A stretch of 64,000 bases of DNA from a virus, in IMG/VR virus record IMGVR_UViG_3300046804_004848, positions 1 through 64,000 of that record. The stretch is one strand, 5' to 3'. Under the pieces are notes generated by a model, which was not told the DNA's origin, did no database searches, and worked only from the letters and a program-made list of their open reading frames with translations. Shown here in pieces: positions 27,874-38,955 of the stretch; the stretch's first letter is position 1, and each line of letters begins with the position of its first letter. The translations under genes and the position numbers were made by a program.

Positions 27874-28424
27874 CGGTATGCCTCACCCCAACGTGCATTG
27901 ATTACATTCCAATTAATGATACGCCAAATATTTTCTAGATATTTTTTCTTGTCTGTGCCATAATCAATAATAAAAGCATGCTCCCACATATCAATAAGCA
28001 ATAATATGTCATCACGTACTTCATGATTATGTATAGATTTAATACTACCATCACGTGCAAGGTATATCCAATTACTACCTTGTAGTTTCATAGCTTCTGT
28101 AGCAACTTGGTCTACAAAATTTTCATAGCTTTTGTACTTAGTTTTTATAAATCCACCGATTGGCCCGTTAGGGCGATTATTTGTTCGTGGTTCACGGTAT
28201 TGTGGAAACAAGGTATTATGTAAGAAATATCCTGCATAATTGAACTCAGCATCACCTTCATCGTTGTTATACCTTGTTGTATAACCATGTGCTAATTTTT
28301 GATGCAAGTTCATTGCATCTGATGATATAACAGGTGCAAATTGTGTATTTTTAAAAGCTAAAGGAACAATTTCTATTTGTTCTGCTTTAGCCTTTGTTTC
28401 TAGTAAAGTTATTAAATCCCTCAT
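27870..28424 (-). CDS. Fe/Mn superoxide dismutase-like protein
   Basis: FNYAGYFLHN, QGSNWIYL, IDMWEHAFIIDY, INWNVI. Confidence 0.85.
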   Translation of the reverse strand: MRDLITLLETKAKAEQIEIVPLAFKNTQFAPVISSDAMNLHQKLAHGYTTRYNNDEGDAEFNYAGYFLHNTLFPQYREPRTNNRPNGPIGGFIKTKYKSYENFVDQVATEAMKLQGSNWIYLARDGSIKSIHNHEVRDDILLLIDMWEHAFIIDYGTDKKKYLENIWRIINWNVINARWGEAYR

Positions 28425-28449
28425 CTAATTATTTAGTCAAAAGATGGGG

Positions 28450-28665
28450 TTAGTGTCGCCTTGTTATTCTACCTTTTGTAAAATCGTATGGACTAAATTC
28501 TAGTGTTACACTATCACCAAGTAAAATTTTTATTTCATTCTTGCGCATTTTACCGCTAATGTACCCAATAACAGTTTGTCCATTTTCTACTTTTACTCTG
28601 AACATAGCATTAGGCAATACTTCAGATACGGTGCCCATAAGGGAAATTGTTTCTTCTTTAGCCAT
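28450..28665 (-). CDS. infA: Translation initiation factor IF-1
   Basis: MAKEETI...LPNAMFRV...ISGKMR...GRI. Confidence 0.95.
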   Translation of the reverse strand: MAKEETISLMGTVSEVLPNAMFRVKVENGQTVIGYISGKMRKNEIKILLGDSVTLEFSPYDFTKGRITRRH

Positions 28666-29252
28666 TAATTCTTTAGTGTTTTAAACATTTCAGATTTTGC
28701 AATAATCTCTGCTTCAAGTTCACGATAGCGATTACCAAGTTCTTTTAATTCTTCCCAACTATTTTCCAACTCTTTATTAGGCTTAAGTAAAGCAAGCCTT
28801 TGTTCAATTGCATCCAAGGTTTCTGACAAGTTTCTACCTTTAATCTTAACTTCACCTTCAAAATTTGCATCACCTGTTACTTCTAAAGAATTCTTCAAAG
28901 TGCCAAGATCACTCCAACCCATATTTGAAGAAATCGTATTAGATGGGTAGTTTATCCCCGTAGAAATCGTATTAGATGGGTAGTTTATCCCCGTACCTAC
29001 ACCTATGGACGATGGGATTATTGTTGAAAGTTGTGCAGTGGTTAATGGTTGAATAGGAGATAATTGTATGGATGATAATTGGTCAGTTGATAGTGGATGC
29101 AATGCCATACTACCCCAATCATAATCACTAAGACAAATTGAGTCTAAACTATTTGCTGAAATGGTTAACGTATCTTGATTTGTTTGAGTTTTTTCAAGTT
29201 CATCTAATAAATTTAGAATATCATTAGTGGTTAAATTTTCTTTAGTATCCAT
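28665..29252 (-). CDS. Hypothetical phage protein
   Basis: [11 protein letters not shown]...LKELGNRY; contains a 33-bp duplication. Confidence 0.65.
   Translation of the reverse strand: MDTKENLTTNDILNLLDELEKTQTNQDTLTISANSLDSICLSDYDWGSMALHPLSTDQLSSIQLSPIQPLTTAQLSTIIPSSIGVGTGINYPSNTISTGINYPSNTISSNMGWSDLGTLKNSLEVTGDANFEGEVKIKGRNLSETLDAIEQRLALLKPNKELENSWEELKELGNRYRELEAEIIAKSEMFKTLKN
28929..28994. repeat. In-frame 33-bp tandem duplication
   Basis: AGAAATCGTATTAGATGGGTAGTTTATCCCCGT x2 ([11 protein letters not shown] x2). Confidence 0.9.
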
Positions 29253-29404
29253 CTTCCTTGTTCGTCTAGGTTAAAGTCAAGAGTATCACCTTCTTTCCAT
29301 CCCATTTCTTGTAACAATTCTTGGGGTAAGGGCAATAATAGATCGCCGTTGTCATCCTCTTGTGTTATGACTTCATACGATGTTTTAGTCGTTTGTTGTG
29401 ACAT
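29231..29404 (-). CDS. AbrB/MazE-like small DNA-binding protein
   Basis: Manual translation ...DDNGDLLLPLPQELLQEMGWKEGDTLDF... Confidence 0.7.
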   Translation of the reverse strand: MSQQTTKTSYEVITQEDDNGDLLLPLPQELLQEMGWKEGDTLDFNLDEQGRWILKKI

Positions 29405-29440
29405 GTGTATACTTAGTTACTTTTGAAGGTAACTAAAAAT

Positions 29441-29740
29441 TTACCTTTTGTTTCTGTTCTCAAGGACTGCCAATTTAATTTCTTGATCATGGACTTCTTC
29501 ATGTATACTCTTTACTGTATATTCTATATCAGAAACTTTATTTTTCAAGTGGTCTAGGTCAATTTTTACACTTGAAAGCATCCTATTTTGTTCAGAATGT
29601 TGTTCGTTAGCCTTTGATAAACTATAGTTTACACGATTAAACCACATTTTACCTTGAATCCATGCTCCTCCTAAGCCGAAAAAGAACAATAGAATCAGCC
29701 AATCTTCCTGAATTGTTTTCAGTATTTGCAAAATATCCAT
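29441..29740 (-). CDS. Membrane/coiled-coil protein
   Basis: N-terminal TM segment plus coiled coil. Confidence 0.6.
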   Translation of the reverse strand: MDILQILKTIQEDWLILLFFFGLGGAWIQGKMWFNRVNYSLSKANEQHSEQNRMLSSVKIDLDHLKNKVSDIEYTVKSIHEEVHDQEIKLAVLENRNKR

Positions 29741-29748
29741 GGTTTATT

Positions 29749-30186
29749 TTACCAAGCACGACAAGACCAATAACGTGCTTTCCAACGTGGGCCTGGGTTT
29801 TCGCAGTGGTGTCTTGCTCTAAATGATTTTCTACGCTTAGGGTTAGATTTTTTAATCTTCATTTTTTTGTCGCCAAAGTTTACTTTGACCACATTGCCTT
29901 TTGGTCCTTTCACATAGACCTTAGATTTTTTGACATCTCCTGCCATAGGTTTACCAAGTGGTACTTCACGTCCTTGATACTTTGCTTCTTCCATATCCTC
30001 AGACTCATGTAAAGATTGTTTGACATACTGCATTATATGCAACAATGTTTGGGCATCAGCATGAATAACGACACCATCTTCAAGCACCTGAGATACGGTA
30101 GTTTCAACTAGAATTTCACCTAATTCAAGGTCAAATGCGTCACCTTCACGTATCTCATCATCTACTGCAATGTCCCAAATTTTCAT
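29749..30186 (-). CDS. Conserved phage protein
   Basis: VKVNFGD...RRKSFRARHHC...ARYWSCRAW. Confidence 0.7.
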   Translation of the reverse strand: MKIWDIAVDDEIREGDAFDLELGEILVETTVSQVLEDGVVIHADAQTLLHIMQYVKQSLHESEDMEEAKYQGREVPLGKPMAGDVKKSKVYVKGPKGNVVKVNFGDKKMKIKKSNPKRRKSFRARHHCENPGPRWKARYWSCRAW

Positions 30187-30218
30187 AGCTAACCTCTTGG
30201 CAATATCTAATATTTATC

Positions 30219-31142
30219 TTATTTTTCAGATTTAGCTTCTTTGTCACGCTGTGCATCTTTTTCTTTTTGAGCAGCATTTGTTGCATTTGCTTGTTGAGCA
30301 CCTGCTAATGCTGCCTCACGTCCTGTTCCTGCTAACATAATACCTGACAATGTACCGCATAAAAAAGTAGCTACAGGAATAATTAATTCAAAAAATTTAT
30401 TATCAATTGGACTGATTGCGTCTAAAGGTTGTGTTACAAACATTATACTATAAAGTACAGTAAACACAATACCAATTAATGTTAATGCTAAACAACTACC
30501 TATGAATACTTTTAAACGAACCATTAGTTCAGTTTCAGTATAACGCTCACCGTTTTTGCTTACTTTTTGTGAATCCATATCGTTCATTTTTTACACTCCA
30601 CAACTTTTTTATTGAAAATTTGTTCGGGGCAATCATGGTTAACTTCACACACAGGTTTAGTACATCTCTCTGTACCCCAATTAGCAGGATCTTGGCAAGG
30701 GTAACGATAACGTGCCTCGCATCCTACTAACCCCAATGAAAATAATAGTATTGTTATTATTTTAGTCATATTTTTTCCATCTTGGTGAATCTTTTTGTTT
30801 TACTTCTAACTCTTGTTCTTTTGTTTCTTTTGAGTTACTTATATACTTATCAATTAATGCGTTTCCAACCCATGCTGCCATATATCCTGCAAAATACCAT
30901 TCACTAAATCTTTCTTCTACGATAAGATAGACAAAACCCCATGTTGATACAATCCATGCACCAAATCTTACAAATTTCTTTTCATCAATTCTATTATTTG
31001 TACATATAAGATCTTTTAAATCAATATTACTTTTACTGTCTCTGTGCCATACATACAAAATAAAAACAAGAAAAAATACAACTAAAGCTAATATGCCATT
31101 CAGCCCTAATTGTACTTTGTTAATTTCTGTCCAATTAATCAT
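30219..31142 (-). other. Three overlapping membrane/lipoprotein genes (30219-30587, 30584-30769, 30762-31142), possible lysis accessories
   Basis: TM helices; lipobox LVGC in 30584-30769. Confidence 0.55.
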
Positions 31143-31178
31143 AATACTATAAATATTTATTAAAATTAGGGATCTCTC

Positions 31179-31610
31179 ATGCCAAGAAAGCTACAACAAC
31201 CACAAATTCAACTGAGTAATACGCAAAAAATTATACTATGGCTTCATTCAAAACCAATCTATACAACGATATTAATACTTTGTTTTGTTGCTGTGTTTTT
31301 ATTAGTTATTTTATCAACTAAGTCATCCCCTAAAGAAACCATTACAGAAAGTATTCCAAAAAATGTTACAGTGAATGAATTAAATGTATTAATTGAACAA
31401 CTTGAAAAGCAAAATATTTCAATACAAAAATTAGAAGCACAAAATAGTAGTCTTGAAAACAGTGTAAAATTACTTGAAAAAAGACTACAAGCAAACACAG
31501 ATGTTTTAAAACGATTTTGTGAGTACATTGTAGTTATTACAGTAGATAAAAAAATTATTCCTAGACAGTGTTTGGTTGATTACAAATGGGTTAAAGAAGA
31601 AGGTCAGTAG
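31179..31610 (+). CDS. Membrane-anchored coiled-coil protein
   Basis: TM segment plus coiled coil. Confidence 0.6.
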   Translation: MPRKLQQPQIQLSNTQKIILWLHSKPIYTTILILCFVAVFLLVILSTKSSPKETITESIPKNVTVNELNVLIEQLEKQNISIQKLEAQNSSLENSVKLLEKRLQANTDVLKRFCEYIVVITVDKKIIPRQCLVDYKWVKEEGQ

Positions 31611-31653
31611 TTAATTATGTTATTTTGGTTAAAAATGACCTGATAAATATGAA

Positions 31654-32883
31654 ATGGATACAAAACTAGCTACTATTATATGCAGTGATGTGATTGGTTA
31701 TAGTTCTCAAATGCAAAAGGATGAAGTGGGAACTTTAGCTAAGCTTGATGCATGTAGAGGAATTATTGATCCGCTAATTACATCTTTTAATGGACGTTTG
31801 TTTAACACAGGTGGTGATAGCATATTACTAGAATTTGCTAGTGCCGTTGATGCAGTAAAATTTTCTATAGAAATGCAAAACCAAATGCAAAAACTTAATA
31901 ATGGTTTAAGATGGCGCATTGGTATGCATATGGGTGAAGTATGGATTTATGGAACCAATCTAATGGGTGATGCAGTAAACTTGGCTGCACGTACGGAAAG
32001 TTTAGCTGACTATTGTGGTGTTACTATGACTGATATAGTTTACAAATTAGTATCACCTAAAATGAAAGATATAAAGTTTATTAGCAGAGGAAAACAAGAA
32101 TTTAAAAATGTTGACCCTATGGAAATATGGAGCGTGGTATTACCATACGCTGAACCTAACCCACATTTAAACAAAGAAACTAAAAAACAAGTTAGTGATA
32201 CAACTAAAAGTCATGCTGATTTAATAAGAGCAATCGTTAACGACCAAGCAGCACGAAACCGTAGTTTACAGGATGCTATGACGTTTAAACATGATGGTAA
32301 ATACTCACCTGCTACTCGCATTTTAATGTGGCGTGTTAGTAAAAATGACCACGTTGCTTTAGATGAACTCATTAATTTGTTACAAAAAAATATTGTACCC
32401 GCTGATTTAAAACCTTATGTACATGCAGTCTTTAGAGAGTTTTGTCAAAAAGTCAATAGTGACATTGCTATAAAAATAGCTCACTTAGTTCAACATGAAG
32501 CACGAAGTTTATCATTACAAATGCTTAAGCAAGCTGCAAAAGTAAGTGATCAAGCTAGTTATGAATTAGCTATGTTGATATTCAATGACCCACATAGTAG
32601 TAATACTGAAATAGAAAATGTTATTGGTGATTTAAAAGAAAGTGCAATGAAACGCAAGGTACCTGCTATGTTAAGCCTAGGTAAGTACTATTTGCAAATA
32701 AATGACAACAAAAATGCTTTTAGATGGTTGTATGCTGCTAGAGCAGAACATGATAAAGAAGCTCAAAAACTATTAGAAGATTTGACAAAAATTATAAGCA
32801 AATCAGATTTTAATAATTATAAAACAGATGGTGATGCATTAGTGGATGAAATTAAATTCATTGATGATAATAGAATGAGATAA
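31654..32883 (+). CDS. Class III adenylate/guanylate cyclase with Sel1/TPR-like C-terminus
   Basis: SDVIGYS, GDS, RIGMHMGEV, GDAVNLAARTES; helical repeats AMLSLGKYY..AFRW. Confidence 0.85.
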   Translation: MDTKLATIICSDVIGYSSQMQKDEVGTLAKLDACRGIIDPLITSFNGRLFNTGGDSILLEFASAVDAVKFSIEMQNQMQKLNNGLRWRIGMHMGEVWIYGTNLMGDAVNLAARTESLADYCGVTMTDIVYKLVSPKMKDIKFISRGKQEFKNVDPMEIWSVVLPYAEPNPHLNKETKKQVSDTTKSHADLIRAIVNDQAARNRSLQDAMTFKHDGKYSPATRILMWRVSKNDHVALDELINLLQKNIVPADLKPYVHAVFREFCQKVNSDIAIKIAHLVQHEARSLSLQMLKQAAKVSDQASYELAMLIFNDPHSSNTEIENVIGDLKESAMKRKVPAMLSLGKYYLQINDNKNAFRWLYAARAEHDKEAQKLLEDLTKIISKSDFNNYKTDGDALVDEIKFIDDNRMR

Positions 32884-32896
32884 TTGTAATAGAAAC

Positions 32897-34392
32897 TTAC
32901 TTAGTTTTATTTTTAATCTTTAAATAAGTTTCTACTTTTTGATTTAAGCGAATAAGGTCATTATCAAGTATTCTAATTCTATCAATAAGTTCAACTAAAG
33001 TTTGATTAGCTTCACTAATAACAGGTTTTACTTCTTTAGTGACCCAATTCCAAACATACCATAATAAACCCATTAACCCAAATGCTGCAACAATTGGAAA
33101 CCCATATTTACTTATAAGTTCAGCGATATCCATAATTTTTCCAATTCAATAAGCATGGGGTGATCATAAGGTATATTTATAGCAGCAGCATGTAAAAGTT
33201 CTATCATTAGTCATTCCTTAAGTCTTTTCTGTCTGCTCTAGCTATTCTGTCATATTCAGGTTCAATTCCTAAAGCTACACTTACTTTTGAGTCTATTTGA
33301 ATGAGTTGATTATTCATAGTATCAATTCTACTATCTAATCTACCAATCATAGATTTCATACTAATGACGCTTGATGTAACTCCTGCTAATATAAACTTAA
33401 AAACTAAAAAAATGAAAAATCCTGCAATACATGCTCCTGCTATAGGAAATCCTAAATCAATAACATGGGTAATCCAATCAAATTCTTTCATTTGTTAGCC
33501 AATGGATTATCTAAAGCTTTTTTAAGATCATCATTAATTTTCTTATCTAATGCTTTTAACTTTGCATCCACCTCTTTATTATTAGCAGCAATTGCTTTGG
33601 TATTTTCCGCAGCCATACGATTAATTTCCTTTGTAGCTGCATTTATACTTGCATCAGCAGCTTTTTGTATATTTCGTACATCAGTCTTAACCTCCGCAAC
33701 TGTTCTATCAACTTCACGTTGTTGTTCTTTATTTCTACGTTCAACATCTTCTACAGTTTTCTCAATACGACGAAGATCATTTTTCAAATCATTCTTAATA
33801 TCTCGTGTATATTCTGCAGTTTTATCACTACCTTCTTGCACAGCTTTTTGAGTTTTATTGGCATTTTCTTCAATTAATGACAATCGTTTATCAAACTCTG
33901 TAAGATCAGGTGCAACATATTCAGCAATCTTTTTCTTCATACCGACATAATCTTTGTATACTTCAAAAGCACCATATAATCCACCTAACAATGATGAAAC
34001 TAAAGTAAATGCAACCATTAGTTTAGCAGGTGTAAATTCATACCCACCAATACTAATAACGGTATCTTTACTAGCATACTTTTTTGCAGCAGCTTCTAAA
34101 TCATCAACCTTTTTGTTTAAATCAACTTTTTCTTCTGACATTTTTACTTCCTTTAATGTTTTGTAGCAAACCTACTTGATAGTAATTCACGCATCAAGTT
34201 TAATTCTTCTTGATTTTGTATTACTATTTCTTCATCTAAATCATCTTCATCTTCCCAAATATACTGTGGAATTCGTAAGAACATATAGATATCTTTCCAT
34301 GTGGTAGTCACACCTTGTTGATAGCATAACTTAATGACATTAAATATTGCATCAGATACATACTCAGCTATACTTCCAAAATGTGTTTTCAT
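32897..34392 (-). other. Small membrane/coiled-coil genes (32897-33133, 33207-33491, 33488-34141, 34153-34392)
   Basis: Paralogous GFPI-containing TM proteins and a coiled-coil protein. Confidence 0.6.
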
Positions 34393-34393
34393 G

Positions 34394-36853
34394 TTATTTC
34401 CTGTACTGTTGGTCAACCATTTCCTGATGTAAACGGTCACTTCCTAGTTGTCGTAGCGCACGTAAGTTGTCAACAGTTTTTTGATTACGATAAATTTCTT
34501 TTGGTGCATAAAATGCTACATCTTTTAAAGCAACACTGTACGCATTAAATCCTACAGGAGTTATAGCAATGTTGTTTATTGATACTCCCCCTGCTGCATC
34601 ATTATCTTGAACGTTTGTTTTAACAGTTTGTGTTGTTGTATTTTGTGTTGTATTTTCAAACGCAGTTGGTCGCTGTTCAACAATTTGATTTATTGGATTA
34701 TTACGGTCTGTTAAAAAATTAGAACTTACTGTAGGATTATCAACTTGTGTAACAGGCATAACTGTCGTCATACCAAAATTTCTTGTTTGTTGTTCTAAAA
34801 CACTTTGCGTATTAGGAGCAAGAACAAAATCATTACTCAATAAGGTTCTTTCTTGTTGCTGAAAAGAATTTTGTTTTGTATCAATTGATGCATTTTGGCT
34901 TGGGGGTTGATACAATGTTGCACTCGTGCTTGATATTTGATTTTGTATGTTTGGTGGTAATATAGGATTAAATGCTTGTATTCCTAAATTATTAACCTGC
35001 ATAGCATTAAATTGAACTATTGCAACAGTTGATGTAGAAGATGATACATTATCTGTTTGTGTATTAGTACTATTAACTGTTCTTTGTTGTATAGCAGCAG
35101 TTACCACGCTTGTATTAGCAGGTTGTGTTCCAAATCCCATCATATTATTTTGTCTTGAGGTATCATTAGCGAAAATTTGATTAGCATTTTCTGACCCATC
35201 AGCACTAGCACTACTTTTTTCTGCAGCATCTTTTGCAATGTTTTCTGCTTGACGTAAACTTGATATTGCTGCAATATTTGCCCCTTCTATAGCACTTTTA
35301 CTTGCTTGATTAGCTATTGTACTTTCACGCTCTTGGTTTTTACTGACTAAGTTTAATGCAAAATTAGTATTTTCATTGCTTGTTGTCATTGGTTTAGATG
35401 TTACTCCACTTAAGTTACTATTTGTTGACTGTGTAGAATTAGAATTAATTGTAACTGTTGGTTTTGCTAATTCTGTATTTTCTGCGGTAGTAACTGTAAC
35501 TGTAGGGGATGTAGTTGTTACATTGTTAACAGTTGTAGTTATATTACTTGTAGGTGTAGAGGTGACACTTGCTACAGTTGTTGCTAACTGTGCATCTTGT
35601 ATCGCCTTTACTTCGGATGCTATTCGTTTAATTTCTGCATTAAAATTTGAACAATTTGGACTATATAATGGCTGCGTATAGCAAGGATCAGGTGTCCATA
35701 TAGGTCTTGTCCATCCCGCAAATGCAAAATTATTCCATACACTATCTGACCACCATTGTACAGAACCCATGTCTAACGTATTTCTTGATTCATTAAATAA
35801 TACTCGGTTATAATAACTTCCACCTGTATTATTACCTTGACGATATTGTTTGTCGGAAATCAATATATTATTATTTTTATCAGTAACTCTAAAGTTAATA
35901 TTTCCCCCACCATCTGTTCTCCAATCTGTACACCAAAATAAAAAACTTGCATAACAAGAACCGTAGTTATACCAATTAAAACCATATTCATAACCATGTA
36001 ATTGCACACCACCACCTATGTGTGGCAATGAAGTTGCTATATTGTAACTATTAAAAAATAATGGACTTTGTGCATTTTGAATGATATTGTTAAAGCCTGG
36101 GCAGTTGGGGTTAAAAGCAGGATTTAATATACATGGGTCTACGCTGTAATTTGCACGAATGTAAGCATCCTTTACTTGTGGTCCATAACACGTGCTGCCT
36201 AAACAAGCCCAACCACCTGCATCTTGCCCTATAATTCCCATATTAACTGAACCTGCTTGGAATAAAGGTTTAGCACCTGCAAAGGTATAAGTTACTGCTA
36301 ATGTTTGCCAATTAGGATTGTATGCAGGATTACCATCTGTCATATTTTTTAATCCTAGTTGATGTACAATAAAATCGTTTTGCCCTGATGCAGGGTAGTA
36401 TCCTATTTCTACTCTAAGATTGTCTTGTACAGGATTAGCAGGAGCAGCATTTTGGCTAGTTCCATCGCAATTTGTTCCTATACTATTTGCACAAGGGAAA
36501 CTATATTTTAAACCATAACTAAATCCTGTTACAAAAACTGCATTGCTATTTAAATAACCATGTGATAAATTGGATAGACTTACACCTGCTACACCTAATT
36601 CTTCCTTTATATAACTAAATGTATATCCATTTGTTGGGTCAAATGAACCTAGTGGTGAAGCATTAGGCACCCAAGCAGGACTTCCCGATGAACTACTCCA
36701 TCCACCACTAGTTTTTAAACTACTATCAAATGGTATTAAATTTCCTGATGTTAAATCAACACTGTATCCACTTGGTGTATTAGGTGATGTTTGCCCATAA
36801 CAAGTGGATATAGTTATAGAAAATAAGAAAAACGATATTATTTTTTTAACCAT
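34394..36853 (-). CDS. Large secreted/structural protein
   Basis: Signal peptide, DPCxxNP...CPG repeats, S/T/N-rich C-terminal half. Confidence 0.65.
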   Translation of the reverse strand: MVKKIISFFLFSITISTCYGQTSPNTPSGYSVDLTSGNLIPFDSSLKTSGGWSSSSGSPAWVPNASPLGSFDPTNGYTFSYIKEELGVAGVSLSNLSHGYLNSNAVFVTGFSYGLKYSFPCANSIGTNCDGTSQNAAPANPVQDNLRVEIGYYPASGQNDFIVHQLGLKNMTDGNPAYNPNWQTLAVTYTFAGAKPLFQAGSVNMGIIGQDAGGWACLGSTCYGPQVKDAYIRANYSVDPCILNPAFNPNCPGFNNIIQNAQSPLFFNSYNIATSLPHIGGGVQLHGYEYGFNWYNYGSCYASFLFWCTDWRTDGGGNINFRVTDKNNNILISDKQYRQGNNTGGSYYNRVLFNESRNTLDMGSVQWWSDSVWNNFAFAGWTRPIWTPDPCYTQPLYSPNCSNFNAEIKRIASEVKAIQDAQLATTVASVTSTPTSNITTTVNNVTTTSPTVTVTTAENTELAKPTVTINSNSTQSTNSNLSGVTSKPMTTSNENTNFALNLVSKNQERESTIANQASKSAIEGANIAAISSLRQAENIAKDAAEKSSASADGSENANQIFANDTSRQNNMMGFGTQPANTSVVTAAIQQRTVNSTNTQTDNVSSSTSTVAIVQFNAMQVNNLGIQAFNPILPPNIQNQISSTSATLYQPPSQNASIDTKQNSFQQQERTLLSNDFVLAPNTQSVLEQQTRNFGMTTVMPVTQVDNPTVSSNFLTDRNNPINQIVEQRPTAFENTTQNTTTQTVKTNVQDNDAAGGVSINNIAITPVGFNAYSVALKDVAFYAPKEIYRNQKTVDNLRALRQLGSDRLHQEMVDQQYRK

Positions 36854-38189
36854 TTTCTTTCACATGTTTTGGCATTTTGTCAGGATTCTTTAACCAAGCT
36901 TCTTTGGCTTGCTCGCCAATCAATCCTTCGTATGGGCATGGTGTACCTGCCATAAGCATTGCATCAAATACTCTACGGTCTTGGCACATGGTAGCAACAG
37001 CAGCTACTTTCATGCCCATGTCATACAATGTTTTGCTTAATTTTAAACGTTCACAATTCATATCACGTTGCGTTCCACCTAGTGACATACCAAACAATTG
37101 TGTTTGTACAGCACCACTTGCTCCTGTAGTACACAAATCAGGAGAACCACCACTCATCATTGATGGAGCAATAGCTGTAGGTGGTGGTTGTATAACTTTT
37201 TGCGTAATTGTTGTGTCATTAATATTACGGTTAGTCATATCACCTGTTTGAATATTTTGATTTACCGCAGTGCTACTGTTTTGATTTACATTAGTATTAG
37301 TTGAGGTAGCAGTGGATTGATTAATATTACGATTAGTCATATCTCCCGTTTGAATATTGTTATTCGTAGTAGTTGCTGTCGTAGTATTAATATTACGATT
37401 GGTCATATCTCCTGTTTGAACATTGTTATTATTATTAGTACTTGTGGATGTACTTGCATTGTTGTTATTGTATGTCATTGTGCCTGTATTAATATTGTTA
37501 TTAGTATTAAGACTTGTAGAATTGTTTACATTTGTGCTTGTGCTTGTAGAAGTATTAATATTACGATTAGTCATGTCTCCTGTTTGAATATTGTTATTAG
37601 TGCTTGTGGATGTGCTTACATTGTTGTTATTGTAGGTAACAGAACCTGACATAATATTTCTATTAGTATTATCAGCGGTAGATGTACTTTGATTAATATT
37701 AGTAATTTGTCCTGATTGTACATTATAATTTGTATTTGTATTTGATGACGTACTTGTACTTGCGTTATTATTATTGTAAGTCATTGTACCACTGTTAACA
37801 TTATTGTTATTATATGTTACTGAACCACTCATAACATTATTGTTATTGTTAGTTACTGTGCCACTTTGAACATTGTTGTTTGTATTAACACTAGTGCTTG
37901 TGCTTGTACTCGTATTTTGATTTACGTTGGTATTAACACTATTACTATTCACAGTGCTATTATTTGTGTTAGTGCTTGTAGATGTACTAACATTATTCGT
38001 AGTTACAGAGCTTGTACTGTTGGATGTTGAATTAGTATCAACTAAACTTTTTGAGTCATATCCTCCTTGGTTAAGTGGAGTGGTAGTGCTTGTAGTTGTA
38101 CCATTGGTGGTGCTTTGTGTGCTAGTATTTTGTGCAAATACCGTAGACATGAATAAAGCTGACCAAAGGATTATTATTATTTTTTTCAT
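36846..38189 (-). CDS. Asn/Thr-rich repeat protein with Cys-containing C-terminal domain
   Basis: Signal peptide; IQTGDMTNRNIN repeats; CERLKLSKTLYDMGMKVAAV...GTPCP. Confidence 0.7.
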   Translation of the reverse strand: MKKIIIILWSALFMSTVFAQNTSTQSTTNGTTTSTTTPLNQGGYDSKSLVDTNSTSNSTSSVTTNNVSTSTSTNTNNSTVNSNSVNTNVNQNTSTSTSTSVNTNNNVQSGTVTNNNNNVMSGSVTYNNNNVNSGTMTYNNNNASTSTSSNTNTNYNVQSGQITNINQSTSTADNTNRNIMSGSVTYNNNNVSTSTSTNNNIQTGDMTNRNINTSTSTSTNVNNSTSLNTNNNINTGTMTYNNNNASTSTSTNNNNNVQTGDMTNRNINTTTATTTNNNIQTGDMTNRNINQSTATSTNTNVNQNSSTAVNQNIQTGDMTNRNINDTTITQKVIQPPPTAIAPSMMSGGSPDLCTTGASGAVQTQLFGMSLGGTQRDMNCERLKLSKTLYDMGMKVAAVATMCQDRRVFDAMLMAGTPCPYEGLIGEQAKEAWLKNPDKMPKHVKENG

Positions 38190-38395
38190 TTGCGATTCCT
38201 TTTGTACGGTCTATAGTATTTAGGTGCTAATATGGACTAAATACTATGGTAGTTTTTAACAAAGGGGGCTAAAAATGCTAGAAATGATTATATGCCTTGC
38301 AATTGGTGCATTTATTGGATGGAATTTTCCACAACCACCTTGGGCTAAAGTAGTTCAAGAAAAAATAATGAATATGTTTAACAAAGGAAAAACAC

Positions 38396-38926
38396 ATGAG
38401 TGAACAAAAAACTGAAGTAAAACCTTTATCTAGAAGTGAAAAAGAAGCTAAAATCAAAGACAAGGCAGGATTTGTTATTGTATTTTTAGCAGCTATTTTA
38501 GCCATTAATACAATGTTAGGTGGTAGTAATAGTAGTAAAATTCAAAACAATACGATACAAGCTAACAATATGTGGGCATGGTATCAAGCTAAAAACGTAC
38601 GTGGTGTATTGTATGAAATCAATGCAGCAGAAACTCAAATTCCTGCTAACAAAGAAAAGTTTTTAGCTGAAGCACAACGTATGACTGATGACAAAAAAGA
38701 GATCATGGAAAAAGCTAAAGCACTAGAAGCAGAGCGTGATGCAGCAAAACAAAAGTCTCCATGGTTTACATGGGGTGGTAGCACATTACAAATTGCGATT
38801 GTGCTATTAACTGCAAGTATTTTAGCAGTAAGTATGCCCATGTTTTGGATTAGTTTAGTAGTTGGTATATTCGGTAGCTTATTTGTAAGTCAAGCTATTT
38901 GGATGTGGATACCATTTTTAGCTTAA
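38396..38926 (+). CDS. DUF4337-like membrane protein
   Basis: ANNMWAWYQAKNVR and LQIAIVL motifs. Confidence 0.65.
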   Translation: MSEQKTEVKPLSRSEKEAKIKDKAGFVIVFLAAILAINTMLGGSNSSKIQNNTIQANNMWAWYQAKNVRGVLYEINAAETQIPANKEKFLAEAQRMTDDKKEIMEKAKALEAERDAAKQKSPWFTWGGSTLQIAIVLLTASILAVSMPMFWISLVVGIFGSLFVSQAIWMWIPFLA

Positions 38927-38930
38927 TAAG

Positions 38931-38955
38931 AAAAGCCTCTTAGGAGGCTTTTTTT
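38931..38955. terminator. Bidirectional terminator
   Basis: AAAAGCCT-CTTAGG-AGGCTTTTTTT. Confidence 0.75.
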
